Shown in pieces: positions 9,272 through 16,732 of a stretch of DNA of 32,000 nucleotides; position 1 is the first letter of the stretch; the number at the start of each line of letters is the position of its first letter. The notes beneath the pieces were generated by a model. It was given only the letters and a program-made list of their open reading frames with translations. It was not told where the DNA came from and did no database searches. Source of the stretch: Candidatus Kuenenia stuttgartensis (GTDB lineage Bacteria; Planctomycetota; Brocadiia; Brocadiales; Brocadiaceae); contig NZ_LT934425.1 in NCBI RefSeq assembly GCF_900232105.1, positions 2,850,001 through 2,882,000 on the forward strand, read 5' to 3'. Position numbers and translations under genes: made by a program.

Positions 9272-9378
9272 CTTAGGCGCTGTAAATAAATTAACGTCTC
9301 ACTTTGAAGCCTTGATTGCATGTTTCCAGAGCATGAAATTGATCTACTTGATACCTTTATTTATTTACAGTGCCTTAC
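9272..9378 (-). mobile_element. 99-bp MITE, copy A (107 bp identical to copy B, inverted)
   Basis: The element core is 9276-9374, flanked by TTA at 9273-9275 and 9375-9377. Terminal inverted repeats are GGCGCTGTAAATAAATTAACG and the reverse complement of GGCACTGTAAATAAATAAAGG. The reverse complement of 9272-9378 is identical at every base to 13694-13800. Confidence 0.8.
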
Positions 9379-9578
9379 TTGCCTTTAAGTTCCTGGATGC
9401 GTTCTGCTGCTCCTGCGAGCTCTTTCTTCAGTTGGTCACTGTACTCTTCCAACATTTCCTGTTCCTCTTTTGTGGATATGAAACGTCGGAAGAAAGGACG
9501 ACATCCACACCCGCAGCAGCCACAGCTACATCCCAAAACCCCCGTCATTCTTTGGCTTCCTCCTGGTTTGCAACACAT
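9375..9578 (-). CDS. Small Cys-rich protein with C-terminal coiled coil (DUF5320-like tail, metallothionein-like head)
   Basis: MCCKPGGSQRMTGVLGCSCGCCGCGCRPFFRRFISTKEEQEMLEEYSDQLKKELAGAAERIQELKGK has 8 Cys in 67 aa. GGAGGT lies 8-9 nt before the ATG at 9578. An alternative start at Met11 also has AGGAGG upstream. The gene is the second in an operon behind an ArsR gene. Confidence 0.6.
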   Translation of the reverse strand: MCCKPGGSQRMTGVLGCSCGCCGCGCRPFFRRFISTKEEQEMLEEYSDQLKKELAGAAERIQELKGK

Positions 9579-9647
9579 TTTTCATCACCTCCTTCCTATA
9601 AAATTCGATATTGTGCTGACCACGTCAGCAAACATATAAAGATAGTA

Positions 9648-9680
9648 GTTAGGTATTTAAGCATATACTTAATTATAAAA
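9648..9680 (-). promoter_or_regulatory. Operator-like box upstream of the Cys-rich gene
   Basis: GTTAGGTATTTAAGCATATACTTAATTATAAAA has arms TTAGGT (9649-9654) and ACTTAA (9667-9672) separated by 12 nt. The same architecture recurs at 10128-10160. Confidence 0.4.
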
Positions 9681-9694
9681 TTAAAAAAATTTAC

Positions 9695-10108
9695 CTACTT
9701 CTTTGGGGTTGCTATTTCTTTAATCCTTTCATGGACAGTTCTGATTTCATTTTGCAATTCCTTCTCATATTTCCTGAGTAATTCTAAACTTGCTCCACTC
9801 AGTTCTTTCTCTTTGAATTTGCCGGTTTCTGAGCATCCACATGTACAAACTTCGTTTAAAATCTGTCGGCAATTTTCTAACGCCTCTTCATCTATGGAAT
9901 ACGGTATCCAGTATCCCTTTCTTTCACTCCTGACAAGACCTGACTGCTTCAATATTTTTAGATGTTGTGATACCGCGGCTGGTGTTATGCCAACCAGTTC
10001 TGCAATATTTTTGACGCCAAGCGGCCCCTTGGACTTCAGGAGATCAATTATTCTAACCCGTGTTTCCACGGCTAATACCTTAAAAATTTCGGAAGGTACT
10101 AACTTCAT
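9695..10108 (-). CDS. ArsR/SmtB-family transcriptional regulator with C-terminal CxCGC plus coiled-coil extension
   Basis: The winged HTH is FKVLAVETRVRIIDLLKSKGPLGVKNIAELVGITPAAVSQHLKILKQSGLVRSERKG. The extra tail is VCTCGCSETGKFKEKELSGASLELLRKYEKELQNEIRTVHERIKEI. RBS AGGAGC precedes the ATG. Confidence 0.85.
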   Translation of the reverse strand: MKLVPSEIFKVLAVETRVRIIDLLKSKGPLGVKNIAELVGITPAAVSQHLKILKQSGLVRSERKGYWIPYSIDEEALENCRQILNEVCTCGCSETGKFKEKELSGASLELLRKYEKELQNEIRTVHERIKEIATPKK

Positions 10109-10127
10109 TTCTTTATGCTCCTATTCT

Positions 10128-10160
10128 GTTAAGTATTTTAGTAATAACTTAATTAAAATA
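10128..10160 (-). promoter_or_regulatory. Operator-like box upstream of the ArsR gene
   Basis: GTTAAGTATTTTAGTAATAACTTAATTAAAATA has arms TTAAGT (10129-10134) and ACTTAA (10147-10152) separated by 12 nt. Confidence 0.4.
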
Positions 10161-10390
10161 TTACAAAAGAGCGTGTTTGTCAAGCGCTTTTTTTACAGCA
10201 GCAATATTTTTATTTTGGATGCAGATACACGCAGATTATCAGGATTACATACAAAATTGCCAGTGTGTGTCTGAGAAAATCAGCGTCCTCTTTTGATGGA
10301 AATAAGTGCCTTTGAAGAAGGTTTCGGGAAGGGATTGTTTGTCATAATCGTTGCGAAGGTAATGAAATGAAATTCCTGTACGAATAAAAT

Positions 10391-10744
10391 TTATTTTCTC
10401 GTGGCTGTTTTTGTCTGTCTTCTTTCACTCTCCTTTCGAACTTCTTCGCATGAACGTCGTACAACAGGGTAATTTCCGGAAATAAACATAAATAGCGAAT
10501 CTGCCATTTTGGGGCGTGTGATGTAATAACAACGAAGCGCTCCATCCTCATAAAAATCAATTATCTTAAGCCTTCGCAATACCGAAAGATGTTGAGAGAG
10601 GTTGGACTGTTCAATGTCCAATAAATCCTGGATATCCGTTACACACTTAGCCCCTTCAGCAATCTCTTCCAATATCAACAATCTGGTTGGATGTCCCAGG
10701 ATCTTTAAAATTTCCGCTTTGTCTCTTATATCTAATTTATTCAT
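10391..10744 (-). CDS. ArsR-family transcriptional regulator (paralog 1 of a two-Cys subtype)
   Basis: ILKILGHPTRLLILEEIAEGAKCVTDIQDLLDIEQSNLSQHLSVLRRLKIIDFYEDGALRCYYITRPK. It is closely related to the product of 15186-15536. Confidence 0.85.
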   Translation of the reverse strand: MNKLDIRDKAEILKILGHPTRLLILEEIAEGAKCVTDIQDLLDIEQSNLSQHLSVLRRLKIIDFYEDGALRCYYITRPKMADSLFMFISGNYPVVRRSCEEVRKESERRQTKTATRK

Positions 10745-10772
10745 TTGTCATTCCTCTCTTTGTATATTTTAC

Positions 10773-10812
10773 TTGATTGAAATATAATATGATAATATTC
10801 TAATACAATCAA
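10773..10812. promoter_or_regulatory. AT-rich imperfect palindrome in the divergent ArsR/methyltransferase intergenic region
   Basis: TTGATTG (10773-10779) and CAATCAA (10806-10812) bracket the near-palindromic AATATGATAATATT. The position fits an ArsR operator. Confidence 0.35.
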
Positions 10813-10938
10813 TAATATTTTCAGGGGTTAGTTTTTTTACATCTGGAGGTTCAAGGGATACTTCAGGTGGCGGTATTTTAACTCAGATAACTTGCTAAAA
10901 TAAATGAAGAATGGCTTTAGATAAAAAGGGGGAAATTT

Positions 10939-11757
10939 ATGAGTGAAACCATTTCCGATATTGGCGTATTTAAATCCCGGCTCCAGGCGACCTGGGCAGC
11001 AGGAAATTTCGGAGAGATTGCAAAATCGTATGAAGATGGCGCAGCAGAATTTGTTGATAGACTGAAGGTCACTCCCGGCCTTAGAGTACTTGATGTTGCA
11101 TGCGGTACCGGTAATCTTACTTTGCCATGTGCGCGGGCCGGCGCATGTGTTACCGGAGTAGACATAGTTCCTAATCTCCTGGAACAAGGCAGAGATCGTG
11201 CGAAAACAGAGGGACTCCTGATCAAGCTTGATGAAGGCGATGTTGAAAACCTTCCCTATCCCGACCACACCTTTGATTTGGTGGTTACGATGTTTGGGGC
11301 AATGTTTGCCCCACACCCGGAAAAGACTGCGGCAGAGCTTGTCCGCGTATGCCGCCCTGGCGGACGTATCGCTATGGCCAACTGGGTGTCTTCCGGATTT
11401 ATTGGACAGGTATTCAAGACGACCACCAGTCGTGTTCCTCCACCGCCGGGAGTGCCATCTCCACTTCTTTGGGGAGACGAAGCCACGGTGCGTGAACGCC
11501 TGCAGAAAGGCACATCAGCATTAGAGTTTGCTCGATGCATTATATCCTTTAAGTTCCCGTTTGCTCCTGCAGAAGTGGTCGAGTTTTGGAGGCAGTTTTA
11601 TGGTCCGACACAGCGAGCGTTCGCTGCACTTGATGCCGATGGACAAGCCGCATTTCGCAAAGATCTCGAAGGGCTTTGGACCGCCCACAACAAAGGAAAT
11701 AGAGGCTCCACTCTCGTTGAGTCGGAATACCTGGTGGTGGTGGCGCTCCGGACATGA
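10939..11757 (+). CDS. Class I SAM-dependent methyltransferase (Methyltransf_11-like)
   Basis: VLDVACGTGNLTLPCARAGACVTGVDIVPNLLEQGR (motif I), DEGDVENLPYPDHTFDLVV and CRPGGRIAMANW. It is noticeably GC-richer than its neighbours; a 68-nt sample I counted was 41 G+C. Confidence 0.85.
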   Translation: MSETISDIGVFKSRLQATWAAGNFGEIAKSYEDGAAEFVDRLKVTPGLRVLDVACGTGNLTLPCARAGACVTGVDIVPNLLEQGRDRAKTEGLLIKLDEGDVENLPYPDHTFDLVVTMFGAMFAPHPEKTAAELVRVCRPGGRIAMANWVSSGFIGQVFKTTTSRVPPPPGVPSPLLWGDEATVRERLQKGTSALEFARCIISFKFPFAPAEVVEFWRQFYGPTQRAFAALDADGQAAFRKDLEGLWTAHNKGNRGSTLVESEYLVVVALRT

Positions 11758-11770
11758 TCATTTCAACCGC

Positions 11771-11799
11771 TTGACAACCCTTTTTCTGCCGGGAATATT
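11771..11799 (+). promoter_or_regulatory. Candidate sigma70-type promoter for the outer-membrane/cytochrome operon
   Basis: TTGACA at 11771-11776, a 17-nt spacer, then AATATT at 11794-11799, about 60 nt before the ATG at 11860. Confidence 0.3.
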
Positions 11800-11859
11800 G
11801 CTAACATTGTGTCACTCGTAAAACTCTTCTTGGTTTTCCTGAAAGGTGAAGGCAATAAA

Positions 11860-14004
11860 ATGAAACTGTGGTTATCTTTATTCTCTTTCTGTCTTATTAT
11901 TTTTATCGCCTTGCATGACGTAGCCTATGCAGATATCGAACAGGTTGGCACTAATGCCCCTGATTTTACACTTCCCAATATCAAAGATAAAAAAAAGACC
12001 GAAGATATAAGTGATAAATACCTCAGAGCCCCTTTGCTTGGGTTAGACATGGATAGGGTTGCCGATGCACTTCAAGAGATAAAGCCAGAATCCAACTGGT
12101 TCCAGACGAAACCCGAATCAGATAGATACAAAACCATTTTTAGTATTGAATCTATAGCAACGGGTATTGACGTTGACTTCAAAGACGCTACTGCAAAAAC
12201 TCAAGGCGCCTTTGATTATACGATGGGATTTCTCACACAGAGGATGCACAAGGAGTGGGAACCAACGTACACACTACCCCGGCCGTCGAATGTATTTTCC
12301 ATCGAAGAAGGTGCGGCAATAACGACAAGGGCAAGGGCGGGTGTTTATGCAGATATGTCAGAGGACTGGACTGTAGGCCTGGAGGTTGATGCATATGGAC
12401 TGGGAGGTGATGCCGGTACCGGAGATATATGGGGTGTTACCCTGCCGTATTTTTCCAATCCTTTTGCGGGACACTCGAATGACGTCTCACTCAACACGGC
12501 CTGGGCGCGGTACCAACCCTTAGATACCACTATGTCCGTAGGCGCCTTCACTCCGCTGCACGTGGGTGATTACGGAACCCAATCCGACCTTTTACGGACC
12601 AGACTATTTGCCCTTTTATGGAGTTAATGTTGTCAGGCGATTTTATAACCCCTTCGTTATTCCATCAACCCTGTACGAGGTATATTTTGCAGAATTACCG
12701 GAAGATTCAGATTCTACCAGTTGGGTGGGTGGATTCTACGTGGGAAGGGAATATGAAGATATGAAATTTGGTTTCAATTTTATGAGTCCGTTTAACAGGG
12801 GCGCATCAACATCTGAAACAGACTCACCCTTACAGGGTATGGTGGATGGTAATCCGGTACGATGGGAGTCTCCTTACAATAAAACAGGGAAACAGGACGC
12901 GTTTGTCCTCGGTGCAGAGTACTCGTATAATTTCCTGACGACCTATAAGGCATGGGTTGCCTATGCACATAGTATTTATCGACCGCAATGCGTTCTCTAT
13001 CTGCCATGTCTTTTTCTCTAGTTGCCTATGCACATAGTATTTATCGACCTATCGGAAGCGATGGAATCGATGTTCATGGAAATCTGTTTAATACGGGCAT
13101 CAGTGGCACAGTCGGGAGGGTAAGTTTTAACTTGGAAGGCATTTGGGTCGAACCGAAGTATGACCCCTTTGTGATAAAGATGGAAAGACCAGGCGATGTC
13201 CAATCTCCTGGTCTCTTTTATGAACTTCCCTATTTCACAACATATGCGGATAGTTGGCAACTCCACGACGCAAAGAAGTATCCGCAAAATAGAGAGGGAG
13301 TACGACTGCACCTTGACTATCCATTCCCTGGAATCCTTTCTTTTACAAGGCTTTTTGCAGACATGGATTACTTACGACAGATAGAAAGTTCAAAGGCAGG
13401 CAATGTTCAAGAGCCTGGTTTTATAGAGCCTTTCTTTGGTATCAGAACACAGGAAGGCACTGGAAAAAAGGGGAGTATATCTCACGGAGGAATAGGTGTT
13501 GCCTCTGATTTGCCTTACAATCATAAGGTCTCCCTGGTATATTCGCTGTATCAATACAGACGTAAAACGGATGATGCCAATAATATGGATTTTGATGTGA
13601 ATGCTATTTCCCTGACATACGGGATCCCAATACTTTATCGGCTCAGGTCTAAGATGTATTTTAATGTAGGGAATACCTTCTTAGCAGTTGATGGTAAGGC
13701 ACTGTAAATAAATAAAGGTATCAAGTAGATCAATTTCATGCTCTGGAAACATGCAATCAAGGCTTCAAAGTGAGACGTTAATTTATTTACAGCGCCTAAG
13801 TATTTCTCTGAATCGCATAATGCAGACTTCTTTCAATCAGCGCCGTTTATGGGAATTGATTATAAGTATCTACGATCGCCTGATACTGTCATATCGTTCT
13901 TTGTTAATTCAAGGTATCTTGTACAGAACGACAGAGCAAAGACACTACTCTTGGGTGATTATGATGCCTTTTTTACCAGCTTTGGTTTAAAAATCGAATT
14001 TTGA
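11860..14004 (+). pseudogene. Outer-membrane beta-barrel (porin-like) protein gene, disrupted three times
   Basis: The signal peptide is MKLWLSLFSFCLIIFIALHDVAYA, with RBS AGGTGA before the ATG at 11860. The body is split over track ORFs 11809-12627, 12566-13021 and 12988-13707. An untracked in-frame tail at 13801-14004 ends YDAFFTSFGLKIEF*, a typical beta-barrel C-terminus with terminal Phe. Lesions: a +1 frame change near 12542-12600, a 65-bp duplication at 12956-13049, and a 102-bp MITE insertion at 13695-13799. Confidence 0.6.
13694..13800 (+). mobile_element. 99-bp MITE, copy B (inside the outer-membrane gene)
   Basis: The element core is 13698-13796, flanked by TAA at 13695-13697 and 13797-13799. 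It brings in-frame stops at 13705, 13726 and within 13768-13773. Core plus one TAA is 102 bp, so the host frame is the same on both sides. Confidence 0.8.
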
Positions 14005-14012
14005 GCATAGAC

Positions 14013-15173
14013 ATGAACACCTTTAAAATAATTCTGTTTTTAACAGTTAGTATTATCGCCTCCCATGTTTTGTTGGGTAGTGATGCAGGTGTCACATTTA
14101 TTGGCCCATCAAATTATATTCCCCGGTTAGACTTGCCCCAAAATATTCCTTTACATAGCGCCGACTCATGTAAAGATTGTCACCGGGAAATTTATGACCA
14201 ATGGCGGGAGTCCTTGCACAGCAAATCATCGACAAACCCTGTATTTCAGGCATGCTGGACGGCAAGGAATAATCCTCCCTTCTGCTCTAATTGCCATTTT
14301 CCCATGCTGGAACAGAAGCCTAAAATATTACGGGGGTTTAAAGAAACTGGCCCTTCGCCTTTTGTCGCAATAAAAAACAAAGAATTTGATGCTATTCTTA
14401 TGAAAGAGGGCGTGACTTGTGTGGTTTGTCATTTGCGAAATAAAACCATTTATGGCCCCCGAAAGATAAAGGAAGGGGAAGCGCCGCACCCGGTTAAATA
14501 CGATCCGTCTTTTCAAAAGTCTGAGTTCTGTTATACCTGTCATTCCTGGGGCTTTCCACGGGCAAGGATTAAAAAGACATGCTATACCAGCGATGAGTAT
14601 AAAAGGTCGGGCAAAAAGGAGACCTGTCAGGATTGTCACATGGAGAGGAAAGAAGGGCTTGCCTCATTGGGAAAGCCAAGGCGTATTTACGGTATGCATG
14701 ACCAGAAAAGCTCTCGCAGTCCTGAGGAATTAAGAAAAGCGCTTAAAACAGAATTAAAAACGGAAAAGGATACCTCTAAACCGGGAGATAAGGTAAAGGC
14801 CGAAATAAGGGTCACCAACACCGGGGCCGGGCATTATGTGCCAACGGGTTGCCCGGTCAGGGCCATTGCTGCCCGCGTGGCGGTGCTGGATGAAAATGGA
14901 GAGGAAAAGGGATTAAAGGAATATTTCATTACAAGGACATTCGAGTTTCCCGGATACCCAACGGAGGTGAAAGATGGGAGATTGGCGCCTGGAGAGTGTA
15001 AATCATTTTATTACAAATACAAAATCCCACGTGATGCATCCTTTAAAAAGCTAACGTTGCGATTAGACATGATTGAATATTTAATATTCCCCAAGAAGGC
15101 TGATGAGGCGCCCATACCTTTCAGCAAGATTACCGTACCTTTTTATTCTACATCGGTGGAAATAATGAAATGA
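14013..15173 (+). CDS. Pentaheme c-type cytochrome with signal peptide and C-terminal beta-sandwich-like domain
   Basis: Five CxxCH motifs (CKDCH, CSNCH, CVVCH, CYTCH, CQDCH). The first sits in the CxxCHxxxxxxWxxSxH context common in multiheme reductase/c554-like families. The N-terminus MNTFKIILFLTVSIIASHVLLG is hydrophobic. The later TNTGAGHYVPTG motif is seen in many multiheme cytochrome families. The ATG at 14013 is preferred over the track TTG at 14001. Confidence 0.85.
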   Translation: MNTFKIILFLTVSIIASHVLLGSDAGVTFIGPSNYIPRLDLPQNIPLHSADSCKDCHREIYDQWRESLHSKSSTNPVFQACWTARNNPPFCSNCHFPMLEQKPKILRGFKETGPSPFVAIKNKEFDAILMKEGVTCVVCHLRNKTIYGPRKIKEGEAPHPVKYDPSFQKSEFCYTCHSWGFPRARIKKTCYTSDEYKRSGKKETCQDCHMERKEGLASLGKPRRIYGMHDQKSSRSPEELRKALKTELKTEKDTSKPGDKVKAEIRVTNTGAGHYVPTGCPVRAIAARVAVLDENGEEKGLKEYFITRTFEFPGYPTEVKDGRLAPGECKSFYYKYKIPRDASFKKLTLRLDMIEYLIFPKKADEAPIPFSKITVPFYSTSVEIMK

Positions 15174-15185
15174 GGAAGTTTGAAA

Positions 15186-15536
15186 TTGAAAAAACTTGAT
15201 TTAAGAAAAAAAGCTGATCGATTACGAATTCTTGCACACCCGACAAGGCTGGCAATCCTGGAAGAACTTTCCCGTGGAGCTAAATGTGTCACAGACATAC
15301 AGGATTTGCTTGATGTGCCTCAGTCAAACGTCTCACAGCATTTAACGGCTCTTCGTCATGAACAGATTGTCGATTATCATGAGGACGGCAAACTTAGGTG
15401 TTATTACATTACGCGCCCAAAGCTGGTTGAAAAATTGCTTGCATTCTTATCGGAGGAATATCCTGTGGAGAGACGTTCTCCGGAGTCAGTTCACGGAGAA
15501 GGAAAGAGTCGGGAAAAGGCGTGCTCTCTTCGGTAG
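15186..15536 (+). CDS. ArsR-family transcriptional regulator (paralog 2 of the two-Cys subtype)
   Basis: RLRILAHPTRLAILEELSRGAKCVTDIQDLLDVPQSNVSQHLTALRHEQIVDYHEDGKLRCYYITRPK. The TTG at 15186 has GAGGA 8 nt upstream and aligns with the start of paralog 1 (MNKLDIRDKA versus MKKLDLRKKA). The track start is 15180. Confidence 0.85.
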   Translation: MKKLDLRKKADRLRILAHPTRLAILEELSRGAKCVTDIQDLLDVPQSNVSQHLTALRHEQIVDYHEDGKLRCYYITRPKLVEKLLAFLSEEYPVERRSPESVHGEGKSREKACSLR

Positions 15537-15571
15537 AAAACTTTTATGCATTTTTAGGAGGTAGTTATTGG

Positions 15572-16732
15572 ATGGGTGAAGTGAAAGTTTACTTTGATAA
15601 TAATGCAAGCACTCCAATTGACCCAAACGTGATCGTTGAGATGGAGCCGTTTATCAGGCAATATTATGGCAATCCTTCCAGTGGCCATTGGTTTGGTAAG
15701 AAGGGAAGGGAGGCTGTTGATACGGCAAGAAGACAAGTAGCTGAATTAATCGGGGCGAGTCCTCATGAGATTATCTTTACGAGCGGCGGGAGCGAGTCTA
15801 ATAACCATGCATTAAAAGGTGTCGCTTTTGCCCTTAAAGGAAAGGGGAATCATATTGTTACTTCGGTTGTTGAGCATCCTGCAATAATCAATCCCTGCAA
15901 ATATCTTGAAACAAAGGGATTCAAGGTAACGTATGTTGGCGTGGATGAGTATGGCTGCGTCAATGCCGATGATATTGAAGAAGCGATAATTGATGAGACA
16001 GTTTTAGTTTCGGTGATGCATGCAAACAATGAAACCGGAACTATTCAGCCGATAGCGGAAATTAGCAAGATATGCAGAAAAAGAGGAATTTATTTTCATT
16101 CTGACACGGCACAGTCCGTTGGAAAAATACCAGTGGACGTGAACGAGCTAGGCGTCGATTTGTTGACCATTGCAGGCCATAAATTTCATGCACCCAAAGG
16201 AGTCGGGGCGTTATACATCCGTGAAGGTGTGGACGTGGAACCATTGATTCATGGCGCCAGCCACGAAATGGGCCTGCGGGCAGGGACAGAAAATGTTGCA
16301 GGGGTAGGAGGGCTGGGAAAAGCAAGTCTGATGTCTGCCGTGAGAATGGATGAGTACATTAAAAATATCCGGTATTTGAGAGATTTGCTGCATGAAAAAC
16401 TGAAGGGAATTGCAGCAGTGAAGTTAAACGGCCATCCCACGCAAAGACTTCCTAATACCCTGAATGTGAGTTTTGAGGGCATTGACAGCTCAGCATTGGT
16501 ATCCAAGCTGGAAGACGTCGCTCTCTCAACAGGATCTGCTTGCCATGATCAGGTGAGACGGCCTTCCACTGTACTAACCGCCATGAATATTCCGGCAGAA
16601 TTGGCAATGGGCGCAGTGAGGTTTAGTCTGGGGAGATTCAATACGGAAGATGAGGTAAATTACGTTGTTGATGAAATAAAAAGAGTTATGAGTGAAATAG
16701 GTATTAAAAAGATGAGGGGGGAAGATGTATGA
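15572..16732 (+). CDS. Cysteine desulfurase (NifS/IscS-type, class V aminotransferase)
   Basis: VYFDNNASTPIDP, FTSGGSESNNHALKG, the PLP lysine in AGHKFHAPKGVGALYIR, and the active-site loop STGSACHD. The ATG at 15572 follows AGGAGG. The track start at 15521 overlaps the ArsR gene. Confidence 0.9.
   Translation: MGEVKVYFDNNASTPIDPNVIVEMEPFIRQYYGNPSSGHWFGKKGREAVDTARRQVAELIGASPHEIIFTSGGSESNNHALKGVAFALKGKGNHIVTSVVEHPAIINPCKYLETKGFKVTYVGVDEYGCVNADDIEEAIIDETVLVSVMHANNETGTIQPIAEISKICRKRGIYFHSDTAQSVGKIPVDVNELGVDLLTIAGHKFHAPKGVGALYIREGVDVEPLIHGASHEMGLRAGTENVAGVGGLGKASLMSAVRMDEYIKNIRYLRDLLHEKLKGIAAVKLNGHPTQRLPNTLNVSFEGIDSSALVSKLEDVALSTGSACHDQVRRPSTVLTAMNIPAELAMGAVRFSLGRFNTEDEVNYVVDEIKRVMSEIGIKKMRGEDV

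Noticed and set aside
9246-10274. 342-aa plus-strand ORF, the longest ORF in this neighbourhood
   Set aside because: Its translation is low-complexity (Ser/Leu/Phe-rich) with no recognisable motif. It is exactly antisense to two reverse-strand genes that have clear features (an ArsR winged helix and a Cys-rich protein, both with RBS). It also begins inside the MITE. I treat it as an antisense artefact.
10837-11540. Reverse-strand ORFs of 94-159 aa overlapping the methyltransferase
   Set aside because: They are antisense to a well-supported GC-rich methyltransferase gene. High GC content lowers stop-codon frequency and produces spurious long antisense ORFs.
9272-13800. The 107-bp inverted repeats as ends of a composite transposon or a dedicated invertase switch
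   Set aside because: Each copy is a complete small element with its own TIRs and its own flanking TTA/TAA duplication, so they are two separate MITE insertions. No recombinase or transposase lies between them. Passive RecA-mediated inversion is still possible and is noted in the findings.
13751-13990. 79-aa ORF from the track
   Set aside because: It starts inside the MITE and is out of frame with, and fully overlapped by, the in-frame C-terminal tail of the beta-barrel gene (13801-14004). That tail ends in a canonical barrel terminus (GLKIEF).
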